Below, in pieces: positions 8,593 through 17,361 of a DNA stretch of 32,000 nucleotides (its first letter is position 1; each line of letters begins with the position of its first letter). The stretch is from NCBI RefSeq assembly GCF_003428155.1, contig NZ_QLIR01000015.1, positions 1 to 32,000 on the forward strand, in the 5' to 3' direction. The position numbers and the translations under genes were made by a program. This DNA is from Fastidiosibacter lacustris. Its GTDB lineage: Bacteria > Pseudomonadota > Gammaproteobacteria > Francisellales > Francisellaceae. The notes under the pieces were generated by a model that did no database searches, was not told the origin of the DNA, and saw nothing but the letters and a program-made list of their open reading frames with translations.

Positions 8593-9645
8593 ATGATTCC
8601 AGCAAAATTGGTTTTACAGACAGGAGATGTATTCGAAGGTAAGGTTCCAGATTGGGTCAAAGGTATTAATTTTGGCGAAATTGTGTTCAATACTGGAATG
8701 GTAGGTTATACAGAAGTATTGACCGATCCATCTTATAAGGGGCAAATAGTTTGCTTTACATACCCTATGATTGGTAATTATGGTGTTGAAAACCAGGATC
8801 ATTGGGAATCAGATCAAATTCATGCTGCCGGGATTATTGTGTCAGAATTGGCACCATTTTATGCACGTGTGCAAGGTGAGCACTCCTTGAAGGAGTGGTG
8901 TGAAAAATACAACACTCCCATTATTGCAGATGTCGATACGAGAGCGCTCACCAAAGTCTTACGCCAGCACGGTGTGGTTGCAGGAGCTATTGTTGTGGGC
9001 GATAATATGCCCATAAGCTATCCAGATATTAGCGATTTAGACTTAGTTGCTGAGGTCACAATTAAGGAGTCTGTTGTCTATGGTGATGGTCAGAAAAAGG
9101 TTATTGTAGTAGATTGCGGGATGAAAGCCAATATTTGGCGTTACCTTTGTTCATATTCAGGGGTAACTTTAAAACGAGTGCCATATGATTATGATTATAC
9201 GAAGGAACCTTATGATGGTATATTTATTTCGAATGGTCCAGGTGATCCTGCTCGTTGCCAGCAAACAGCAAACTTCTTGAAAATAGCAATGGCAAAGTGC
9301 CCACAAAAGCCAATTTTTGGTATTTGTCTTGGTTCACAAATTATGGGGATTGCAATAGGTGCTAAAACCTATAAGTTAAAATTTGGTCATCGTGCTCAAA
9401 ATCATCCTTGCCTATTAGAGGGGACGAATCGAAGCTATTTGACTTCTCAAAATCATGGTTTTGCCGTTGATGAGAAAACCATCCCAAATGATTGGGAGGT
9501 ATGGTTTAGAAATTTAAATGATCATACTATTCAAGGCATTAAACATAAAACCTTGCCATATTCATCAGTACAGTTTCATCCAGAGGCAGGACCTGGTCCT
9601 GTTGATACAGTATGGTTGTTTGATCGTTTTATTGATCAGCTATAA
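8593..9645 (+). CDS. carA: Carbamoyl-phosphate synthase small (glutaminase) subunit CarA
   Basis: The track ORF starts at TTG 8536. I place the start at ATG 8593 (MIPAKLVLQTGDVFEG), which matches the E. coli CarA N-terminus in length. Amidotransferase active-site contexts GICLGSQ and VQFHPEA are present. Confidence 0.9.
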   Translation: MIPAKLVLQTGDVFEGKVPDWVKGINFGEIVFNTGMVGYTEVLTDPSYKGQIVCFTYPMIGNYGVENQDHWESDQIHAAGIIVSELAPFYARVQGEHSLKEWCEKYNTPIIADVDTRALTKVLRQHGVVAGAIVVGDNMPISYPDISDLDLVAEVTIKESVVYGDGQKKVIVVDCGMKANIWRYLCSYSGVTLKRVPYDYDYTKEPYDGIFISNGPGDPARCQQTANFLKIAMAKCPQKPIFGICLGSQIMGIAIGAKTYKLKFGHRAQNHPCLLEGTNRSYLTSQNHGFAVDEKTIPNDWEVWFRNLNDHTIQGIKHKTLPYSSVQFHPEAGPGPVDTVWLFDRFIDQL

Positions 9646-9656
9646 GGAAAATATAA

Positions 9657-10115
9657 ATGCGTATTCCAACAATAGAGTTAAAGTTATTAAAGCCTGAAAT
9701 TTTTTCGACATTACCTAAATATGGTACAACTGGAGCAGCAGCAGTAGATTTGCATGCTGCAATTGATAAGGTGCTTATTCTTAAACCTAATGCGTGTGAG
9801 CTTGTGTCTACCGGTATTGCAATTCATATTGCGGATCCATCGCTAGCAGGTATGATACTCCCACGCTCAGGTTTAGGGCATAAAAAGGGACTTGTTTTAG
9901 GTAACTCTATCGGACTCATTGATTCGGATTATCAAGGAGAGTTGATGGTATCTTGCTGGAACCGCTCAAATGAAGATATCATTATCGAGCCCTTGATGCG
10001 ATTTGCACAATTGATCATTGTTCCGGTGGTGCAGGTTAATTTTGTAGCGGTTAATGAATTTAATAGCGAGAGTGAGCGCAACATTGGTGGTTTTGGGCAT
10101 ACAGGTGTAAAGTAA
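9657..10115 (+). CDS. dut: dUTP diphosphatase
   Basis: 152 aa. Near-identical blocks to E. coli Dut: [43 protein letters not shown]. Confidence 0.95.
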   Translation: MRIPTIELKLLKPEIFSTLPKYGTTGAAAVDLHAAIDKVLILKPNACELVSTGIAIHIADPSLAGMILPRSGLGHKKGLVLGNSIGLIDSDYQGELMVSCWNRSNEDIIIEPLMRFAQLIIVPVVQVNFVAVNEFNSESERNIGGFGHTGVK

Positions 10116-10180
10116 AGGCTTGTTGCACTTATAAGCCAATGCTACACTAACAAAGTGTTAGGAAAAATGGTTGTAATAAG

Positions 10181-10750
10181 ATGATTTGGACAGTCCCTAA
10201 TATTTTAACCATGTTGCGGATTTTATTGATACCTGTATTAGTGGTTGCCTTCTATGTACCGTTTCCACATCATCATGGTGTGAGCGCAACTATATTTCTA
10301 CTTGCGGCTATAACTGATTGGTTGGATGGTTTTTTAGCGCGTTATTTTGAGCAAACGACGAAGCTTGGAGCCTTTTTGGATCCTGTTGCTGATAAGCTTA
10401 TGGTTGCAACAGCTCTTGGGCTTTTAATTGCTTTATATCCGTACCCATGGGTGGCGCTTCCTGCAATTATCATTATTTGTCGTGAAATTATTGTTTCTGC
10501 CTTGCGTGAATGGATGGCAGAAATTGGACAACGTGCTGTGGTAAAAGTTTCTTTTGTTGGCAAGGTGAAAACAGCTGCACAAATGGTGGCGATCTTTCTT
10601 TTGTTGCTTAAACCAAAGGATCTTACTAATTTGTGGGTAATTAGCGGTTTTGTGCTGCTCTATATTGCAGTCATTCTAACGGTTTATTCGATGTGGTTAT
10701 ATTTGTCAGCAGCTTATAAGGCTGTAAAGGCTGATTTAAACAAGTCATAA
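10181..10750 (+). CDS. pgsA: CDP-diacylglycerol--glycerol-3-phosphate 3-phosphatidyltransferase
   Basis: 189 aa. CDP-alcohol phosphatidyltransferase motif DWLDGFLARYFEQTTKLGAFLDPVADK, plus multiple transmembrane segments. Confidence 0.9.
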   Translation: MIWTVPNILTMLRILLIPVLVVAFYVPFPHHHGVSATIFLLAAITDWLDGFLARYFEQTTKLGAFLDPVADKLMVATALGLLIALYPYPWVALPAIIIICREIIVSALREWMAEIGQRAVVKVSFVGKVKTAAQMVAIFLLLLKPKDLTNLWVISGFVLLYIAVILTVYSMWLYLSAAYKAVKADLNKS

Positions 10751-10938
10751 ATAGTTAATCGAATAAGAAATAGCTATTTGAGATAGGGTCAATTTCCATA
10801 AAAGTTGCTAGAGATCACTCATTTTTTAATGAGGATGCTGCATTTACAGCAGACAGTTGTTGTCAAAGTACCACCTGTCATGTACATTAGTTGGGTTTTG
10901 AAATAAGCCAGAATTTTAGATATAACAGGAGACAATAA

Positions 10939-11295
10939 ATGAAGAGATTAGTTGTGATTCTATCGACCTTATTATTAACAAGCACTGCATTTGCTGAAGG
11001 TGTAGCTGCAACAGGTAGCGGTGCGATGAGCTCTATTTTAATGTTGGTTGCATTTTTTGCTATCTTTTATTTTTTGTTAATTCGTCCACAGATGAAGCGA
11101 AATAAAGAGCAACGTAAAATGATTTCTGAACTGACTAAAGGTGATGAGGTCATGACAACAGGAGGTATTCTGGGCAAAATTGTTAAGGTGGGCGAAAATT
11201 ATACTGAAGTTGAAATTGCAGAAAATGTAGTAGTCAAACTACAGAAAAATGCTGTTTCAGGCATTTTACCAAAAGGTGCCGTTAAAACGAATTAA
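10939..11295 (+). CDS. yajC: Preprotein translocase subunit YajC
   Basis: 118 aa. ILMLVAFFAIFYFLLIRPQMKRNKEQ and KGDEVMTTGGILGKI align with E. coli YajC. It sits immediately upstream of secDF. Confidence 0.85.
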   Translation: MKRLVVILSTLLLTSTAFAEGVAATGSGAMSSILMLVAFFAIFYFLLIRPQMKRNKEQRKMISELTKGDEVMTTGGILGKIVKVGENYTEVEIAENVVVKLQKNAVSGILPKGAVKTN

Positions 11296-11342
11296 TTTTT
11301 GCTACCTTCTATACAACTCAAGCATATAATCAATAAGGTATT

Positions 11343-13295
11343 ATGACTATGCTTCATCCTAGACAAAAAGCTGCGGTTAACAAGTATCCTTTATGGAAAT
11401 ATTTGATGATTCTAATGATTGCTATTTTGGCAATCATTTATGCTTTACCAAACCTGTTTGGTGAAACACCTTCATTACAAATATCACCAAAAGATGGCAC
11501 AATTAAAGCATCTCTTATCAGTCAAATCAAAGATACATTAGAGCAACAAAAGCTCCCATATAAATCATTGCATCAAGAATCAAGTACAGTTGTGCAAGTT
11601 AGTTTCTCAAATGCACAAGATCAGATAGCGGCACGTACGCTTTTACAAAAGTCGATTAGTAATGATTATATTGTTGCCCTTAACATGGCAGGCAATACGC
11701 CAAACTGGCTATTAGCATTAGGTGCTGAACCCATGAATCTTGGACTTGATTTGCGTGGTGGAATGTATTTGGTGTTAGAAGCTGATACACAATCGGCAAT
11801 TAACGCGCGTTTAGATAATACTTTAGAGAGTATTGTTCAGGGACTTAAAAAGTTCACAATTACACCGGAATCACAGCTCAAAGCAAGTCAAAAAATTAAA
11901 TTAAGCAAAGATTTTTCCGTGCCTGTGACGTATAGCAGCATTGGTTATGTTGCCTTACAATTTGCAAGTAGCGGGGATTTAGATAAGGCTGTCAATTATT
12001 TAAAGTCAGATTACACTAAAACACAAAATAACCAGCTTGTTTATAGCGTGCTTAAAGACAAAATGCTACTAATAAGCTTTAATAGCCAGTTGATTGCACA
12101 AATCAAGCAAGAAGCCATTTCACAGGTTGTGACTGTTATGCGTAATCGTATTAATGCACTAGGTGTAGCAGAAGCTTCTGTTGCTGCATCAGGTGACTCA
12201 CGTGTGATTATTGAGTTACCTGGTCTTCAAGATGCAGCTCGAGCAAAACAAATATTAGGAGGCACATCTACTGCGAGTTTCTATATCGTTTCTCCTGTTA
12301 TCGATCGCTTGAAAGTAGAAGAGCAGGGTATTAAGGTGTATCCATTAATCTCAAGTGGACATACATTTTACTATCAACTTGAAGGAAGTTCTGTTGTCAG
12401 TGGAAGCTCGATTGTTAATGCTTCACCTGGAGTTGATCATCAAACAGGTCAACCAATTGTGGCGGTGCAATTAAGTTCAGATGCGGCAGGGCATTTTAGG
12501 GAGATAACCAGTAAACATGTTGGTAATCTAATGGGTGTTATGCTTGTTAATACAACGTATAAAAAAGAAGTCATTGAGGGTAAAGAAGTCAATAGTATTG
12601 AAAAAACAGAAAAACTTGTCAATGCAGCAACTATTCAAACGGCTTTAGGTGCAAACTTTCAAATTACAGGTCTTGATCAGCGTGAAGCAAATAACTTAGC
12701 ACTTATGATTCGCTCAGGTGCGTTGCAAGTTCCTGTGCATATTGCTCAAGAGCAACAAATTGGACCTACACTAGGTAAGCAAAACATTGACCAGGGAATG
12801 ATTTCAATTATTGTAGCGCTTGTTTTGGTTGTACTGTTTATGGCAATTTACTATCACTTATTTGGCATGATCGCCAATGTGGCATTAGTGCTTAACTTGA
12901 TTTTAATTATTGCAATTATGTCGATTATTCCAGGAGCAACTTTAACGTTACCAGGAATTGCTGGTATTGTGCTTAATCTTGGGATGTCGATTGATGGTAA
13001 TGTGTTGGTATTTGAGCGCATCCGAGAAGAACTTAGAAATGGTATGCCGGTCCAAAGCGCAATTTCAGCAGGATATGAGCGCGCATTTGGGACGATTGTT
13101 GACTCCAATGTGACAACGCTTATTGTAGCAATCATTTTGTTTGCGATTGGCACAGGAGCAGTGAAAGGGTTTGCAGTAACACTTATTATAGGTATTATCA
13201 CTTCCATGTTCACAGCGGTGACTGTATCACGTGCGATGACCAATTTGATATATGGTTCTAGGCGTAATCTTAAAAAATTATCAATTGGGATATAG
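11343..13295 (+). CDS. secD: Protein translocase subunit SecD
   Basis: 650 aa. The N-terminus NKYPLWKYLMIL...YALPNLFGE matches E. coli SecD. There is a large periplasmic domain and a C-terminal 6-TM block. Confidence 0.95.
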   Translation: MTMLHPRQKAAVNKYPLWKYLMILMIAILAIIYALPNLFGETPSLQISPKDGTIKASLISQIKDTLEQQKLPYKSLHQESSTVVQVSFSNAQDQIAARTLLQKSISNDYIVALNMAGNTPNWLLALGAEPMNLGLDLRGGMYLVLEADTQSAINARLDNTLESIVQGLKKFTITPESQLKASQKIKLSKDFSVPVTYSSIGYVALQFASSGDLDKAVNYLKSDYTKTQNNQLVYSVLKDKMLLISFNSQLIAQIKQEAISQVVTVMRNRINALGVAEASVAASGDSRVIIELPGLQDAARAKQILGGTSTASFYIVSPVIDRLKVEEQGIKVYPLISSGHTFYYQLEGSSVVSGSSIVNASPGVDHQTGQPIVAVQLSSDAAGHFREITSKHVGNLMGVMLVNTTYKKEVIEGKEVNSIEKTEKLVNAATIQTALGANFQITGLDQREANNLALMIRSGALQVPVHIAQEQQIGPTLGKQNIDQGMISIIVALVLVVLFMAIYYHLFGMIANVALVLNLILIIAIMSIIPGATLTLPGIAGIVLNLGMSIDGNVLVFERIREELRNGMPVQSAISAGYERAFGTIVDSNVTTLIVAIILFAIGTGAVKGFAVTLIIGIITSMFTAVTVSRAMTNLIYGSRRNLKKLSIGI

Positions 13296-13304
13296 GGGTG
13301 CAGC

Positions 13305-14264
13305 ATGGAGTTTTTTAGGCATACAACAAATATCGACTTTATGGGCATCCGCAAATGGACTGCTCTTGTTTCGATCATATTAATTGGATTATCAATCATT
13401 TTTTTAATTGTGCGTGGTTTGAATATGGGACTGGATTTTACTGGAGGTTATCAGGTCCAAGTCAATTATAAAATAGCACCATCAACGCAAGATGTTGCAA
13501 AAATCCTTGCCAAAGATGGTTTTCCTACCGCACAAGTGACGACTTTTGGCTCAGTCGATAGCTTGATGATTAAACTACCAATTCAAAAAAATGAAAACAA
13601 TCAAGTGATGATTGATAAGGAAGGTCAGTCAGCACAGCAGCTGTTAAAGCAAAGAATTGAAGCGACGCTAGGCAGTGAAGCTCAGGTTGCAAGTTTGAAT
13701 TATATTGGACCTCAGGTTGGTAAAGAGTTGGCAACAAATGGTTTATTAGCACTTCTAGTAGCCATGATCTGTATCGTTGGTTATATCGCCTTTCGTTTTG
13801 AAATGAAATTTGCAATTAGTGCGGGCATTGCGCTTATTCATGATCCAATTATTATTTTGGGTGTGTTTTCAGCCTTCCAATTGGAATTTACTTTAACAAC
13901 TTTAGCAGCAGTATTGGCGGTAATCGGTTATTCGTTAAATGATACGGTTGTGATTTATGATCGGGTACGTGAGAATTTCCGTAAAATGCGTAAAGCAAGT
14001 GTGATTGAGGTAGTTAACCGCTCAGTAAATGATACTTTGTCACGCACGATTATGACCTCAGGCTTAACATTGCTAGTGGTGGTTGTACTTTATTTCTTTG
14101 GTGGACCTTCATTACACGAATTTTCTTTAGCATTAATTCTCGGTGTGATCGTTGGAACTTACTCCTCAATTTATGTTGCAGGTGTATTAGCTGTCCTGTT
14201 TGGTCTTAAACGTGAATCTTTACTGCCACCACAAAAGTTAGCTGATAGCGATAGGAATGAATGA
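13305..14264 (+). CDS. secF: Protein translocase subunit SecF
   Basis: 319 aa. GLDFTGG, IGYSLNDTVVIYDRVRENFRK and GGPSLHEFSLALILGV match E. coli SecF. It lies 9 nt after the secD stop. Confidence 0.95.
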   Translation: MEFFRHTTNIDFMGIRKWTALVSIILIGLSIIFLIVRGLNMGLDFTGGYQVQVNYKIAPSTQDVAKILAKDGFPTAQVTTFGSVDSLMIKLPIQKNENNQVMIDKEGQSAQQLLKQRIEATLGSEAQVASLNYIGPQVGKELATNGLLALLVAMICIVGYIAFRFEMKFAISAGIALIHDPIIILGVFSAFQLEFTLTTLAAVLAVIGYSLNDTVVIYDRVRENFRKMRKASVIEVVNRSVNDTLSRTIMTSGLTLLVVVVLYFFGGPSLHEFSLALILGVIVGTYSSIYVAGVLAVLFGLKRESLLPPQKLADSDRNE

Positions 14265-14513
14265 GATCATTTCGTAAAATTCAATCATATGGCAGTGTTA
14301 AGTTATTTAAACCCTACTATCGTTCAATGATGATTATTTAATAACACAAGAACAAAAGCAACATGTTATTTCACACCTTTTTATGCTTTTATAATAGCTA
14401 ATGAACTGACTAATTTTGTCATAATAAGTAATCAATTTGTGCTTTTTTTTCAAAGGAATCCAGCGTAAAATGCGTAAAGCCATTTTGCCTTAAACCCAAC
14501 GCAGATACATTTC

Positions 14514-15848
14514 ATGAAATATTTTGCTTTAAAAGCGCTAAAAAAGGATAAAATCTTTACTGAATCCCGTAAGCTTATGTCTTTTTCGTCGTGGCGTAGG
14601 CGTTTGATTTTCTGGGGTGGAGCGATTTTGGTAGGTCTGATATGCGTATTATTTGCCTATGTTTGTGACAATTTAAATGATAGCTTTAATGCACTTAGCC
14701 AAGCTCACCCTTATTGGCCACTTTTCATTATGCCAATTGGTTTTATGGTTATTATTTACTTATTAAAAACATATTTTGATGGTGCAGAAGGCAGTGGTAT
14801 TCCACAAGTGATAACGGCCTTAAAAGTTAAAAATATGCAACGACGTAGCAGGCTTGTTTCGATGCGTATTGCCTTAGGGAAGTTTATGTTGACAGCACTA
14901 GGCTTTTTAAGTGGTGCATCGATTGGTCGAGAAGGACCAACAATTCAATTGAGTGCATCAGTGATGCACTTTTTAGGTCGATTAGAAAAATTTAATCGTG
15001 AAGATACCGAGAAAGGTTTGTTATTAGCAGGTGGTGCAGCTGGAATTGCAGCAGCCTTTAATGCACCATTAGCCGGAGTTGTGTTTGCAATCGAAGAGCT
15101 TGCTGGTTCATTTGATAAAGGGATTACAGGTACGATGATTACAACAGTCGTGCTATGTGGTTTTGTGTCATTAGAAATCATGGGTAATTATGCTTATTTT
15201 GGTGCAAGTTCTGCTACTTTGGATATTTTAGGTGGTGGTTGGATTATTATAATCGTTGTTGCTGTGGCATGTGGTTTTTTAGGTGGACTTTTTAGTCAAA
15301 TGCTTCTAATAATATCAGCAGCATCTATTAGGATTATTCGTAGGTATCCAATTATTTTTGCAGGTAGCATTGGCTTTGTTGTTGCTGTGATTGGTGTACT
15401 AACAGGTGGTATTATTTATGGCAGTGGTAAAGATACTGCAGTAGCGTTATTAAATGGTTATGATACACATATAACTGCTTTTTTTGGTTTATGGAAAATG
15501 ATTGCGACGTTGTTATCTTTCATTAGTGGTATTCCTGGTGGGATATTTGCGCCATCTTTATCCGCAGGTGCAGGATTTGGACATATGATGAGTTTTTTGT
15601 TTGCAGATAAATATGCGAGTGCAGTGATTTTAATTGGCACAGTTGCTTATTTCTCAGGCGTTGTGCAAAGCCCAATTACGTGTTTTATCATCGTATCTGA
15701 AATGACACGTAATGTTTCAACAGGAATGCTGTTACCGATTATGTTAGCAGCGCTGTTAGGTACAGCTACCTCAAGAATTGTCTGTAAAGAACCTATTTAT
15801 CATATGTTATCGTTGCGCTATTTAGATAAGTTAAGGGGGGAGAAATAG
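14514..15848 (+). CDS. ClC family chloride channel / H+-Cl- exchanger
   Basis: 444 aa polytopic membrane protein with the three canonical ClC selectivity-filter motifs: GSGIPQV, GREGPTIQ and GGIFAPS. Confidence 0.85.
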   Translation: MKYFALKALKKDKIFTESRKLMSFSSWRRRLIFWGGAILVGLICVLFAYVCDNLNDSFNALSQAHPYWPLFIMPIGFMVIIYLLKTYFDGAEGSGIPQVITALKVKNMQRRSRLVSMRIALGKFMLTALGFLSGASIGREGPTIQLSASVMHFLGRLEKFNREDTEKGLLLAGGAAGIAAAFNAPLAGVVFAIEELAGSFDKGITGTMITTVVLCGFVSLEIMGNYAYFGASSATLDILGGGWIIIIVVAVACGFLGGLFSQMLLIISAASIRIIRRYPIIFAGSIGFVVAVIGVLTGGIIYGSGKDTAVALLNGYDTHITAFFGLWKMIATLLSFISGIPGGIFAPSLSAGAGFGHMMSFLFADKYASAVILIGTVAYFSGVVQSPITCFIIVSEMTRNVSTGMLLPIMLAALLGTATSRIVCKEPIYHMLSLRYLDKLRGEK

Positions 15849-15900
15849 ACCTTTGGTATTTACATAAAGCTTCGTTACAATAGGGCACTTTTATAAAACG

Positions 15901-16674
15901 ATGATGTCAATCATGTTTGATTATAATTTATTCAATAAACATTCTATTAAAAACAAACAAAGATTTAGCCAACTAAGCTTTATTAAGCTTGAAATAGGTA
16001 AGCGGTTACTCGATAAGCTTAGTTTTATAAAAATAATTCCTAAAATCATTTATGTTGAGGGATTGAGTGCAGAAGATCTGACAAATTTAAAAGTCTGGTT
16101 TACAGATGCCAAAATCATAACAGAGTTATCACAACCAGTTGATTTAATTCTTTCAAATTGTTTGCTTCACCTTAATGAGAGCATCGTAAAATGTTTAAAA
16201 AACTGGCAAAATTGGCTAAAACCGGAAGGGATCATCTTATTTACAAGTTTTGGTAGCACAACTTTGCAAGAGTTAAAAAAAGCCTGGCAATTCATAGATT
16301 CGTATCCCCATATCAATCAAATGGTTGATTTACACGATTTAGGTGATTTACTGCTAAAACAGTATTACCAAAATCCAGTAGTTGATGCTGAAATTTTGAC
16401 TTTGTCATATGATAATTTAACTATATTATTTAGCGATATTCGAAGTCTAGGTGAGCCATTAGCCGATACCAAAATGCGCCGTACATTTATAGGCAAAACT
16501 CGTTGGCAGCAATTTATAGCTCGATTGGAGAAAAAAGGGTTAAATATCAGTTATGAAATTATTTATGGTTATGCTTATAAAAGTCGAAAAAGTCTGGCTA
16601 CAAAAACAATAGATGGTGAAGCGATGATAAGTTTTGAGCAATTACAGTCTTCCCTTAGAAATAGGAAAACTTAA
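15901..16674 (+). CDS. BioC-like class I methyltransferase-fold protein with non-canonical SAM-binding motif I
   Basis: 257 aa. The C-terminal two thirds align with E. coli BioC (LKPEGIILFTSFGSTTLQELKKAWQFIDSYPHIN vs [34 protein letters not shown]). Motif I (VLDAGCGPG in BioC) reads IIYVEGLSA here. Confidence 0.6.
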   Translation: MMSIMFDYNLFNKHSIKNKQRFSQLSFIKLEIGKRLLDKLSFIKIIPKIIYVEGLSAEDLTNLKVWFTDAKIITELSQPVDLILSNCLLHLNESIVKCLKNWQNWLKPEGIILFTSFGSTTLQELKKAWQFIDSYPHINQMVDLHDLGDLLLKQYYQNPVVDAEILTLSYDNLTILFSDIRSLGEPLADTKMRRTFIGKTRWQQFIARLEKKGLNISYEIIYGYAYKSRKSLATKTIDGEAMISFEQLQSSLRNRKT

Positions 16675-16675
16675 T

Positions 16676-17137
16676 TTAATGTTGCGTTTGTTCAGTTGCT
16701 TGTTGTTGAGCAAGTCTTTGCATATAAAGTGCATCGAAGTTAATGGGTGCTAAATTAATTTGAGGAAAGCCACCACGGTTAATAAGGCTGTCGATAGTCT
16801 CTTTAGCATATGGGAACAATGTAGTTGGACAAAATGCACCCAACATTGGCTCAATTTGGTCTTTTGGCATATTTTGTAATGTAAAAATACCTGCTTGTGA
16901 TACTTCAATTAAATATGCATTTTTGTCTTTGTTTTTTACAGTCACGGTTAAGCTGAGTTCTACTTCGTAAACATTCCCACCCTCCAGTTTCTTGGAGTTA
17001 GTGTCTACATTTATATTGGCTTCTGGTTGCCATTGTGCTTTAAATACATCTGGGGTGCTTGGCGCTTCAAATGAGATATCCTTAGTATAAATTTTTTGAA
17101 TAACAAAATTAGGTTTAGCGCTATGTGTGTTTTCCAT
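16676..17137 (-). CDS. secB: Protein-export chaperone SecB
   Basis: 153 aa. IQKIYTKDISFEAPSTPDVFKAQWQPE and FPQINLAPINFDALYM are near-identical to E. coli SecB blocks. Confidence 0.9.
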   Translation of the reverse strand: MENTHSAKPNFVIQKIYTKDISFEAPSTPDVFKAQWQPEANINVDTNSKKLEGGNVYEVELSLTVTVKNKDKNAYLIEVSQAGIFTLQNMPKDQIEPMLGAFCPTTLFPYAKETIDSLINRGGFPQINLAPINFDALYMQRLAQQQATEQTQH

Positions 17138-17361
17138 TTTGGTTTCCTGTTTAACGAGTCATGATTTATTGAACTATTATGCCTCATAGCATAGCAAAGT
17201 CCAACCACTTTACTGGCAACAAAAATGCTTAAGTACTGTATTTATAATTAACCTAAATTGGCAAATACAATTTATATGTAAAAAAGAGTAAAAGCCATAG
17301 ATTAAATATCACGTTGTGATTGATGGTGATTGGTTCTTAATTAACCTTTTGTATGAGTATC

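Noticed and set aside
12854-13399. 181-aa minus-strand ORF overlapping the secD/secF junction. It is the longest of the shadow ORFs.
   Set aside because: It is antisense to the highly conserved SecD C-terminal TM block and the SecF start. Its hydrophobic, Ile-rich translation mirrors TM-coding sequence. No start context or homology is recognisable.
13980-14480. An identical 17-mer CGTAAAATGCGTAAAGC occurs inside secF (13980-13996) and again upstream of the ClC gene (14464-14480).
   Set aside because: Flanking similarity is marginal. With about 1e9 position pairs in the window and an AT-biased composition, one 17-mer coincidence is not clearly significant. No functional model fits.
14265-14513. 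I looked for a fluoride (crcB-motif) riboswitch upstream of the ClC gene, since CLC-F genes often carry one. AATGATGAT and ATGGCAGTGTT vaguely recall parts of it.
   Set aside because: The conserved elements are not in the right order, there is no GAUGG...CCUAC arrangement, and no pseudoknot partners are apparent. The ClC protein also has the canonical chloride-type GSGIP/GREGP motifs.
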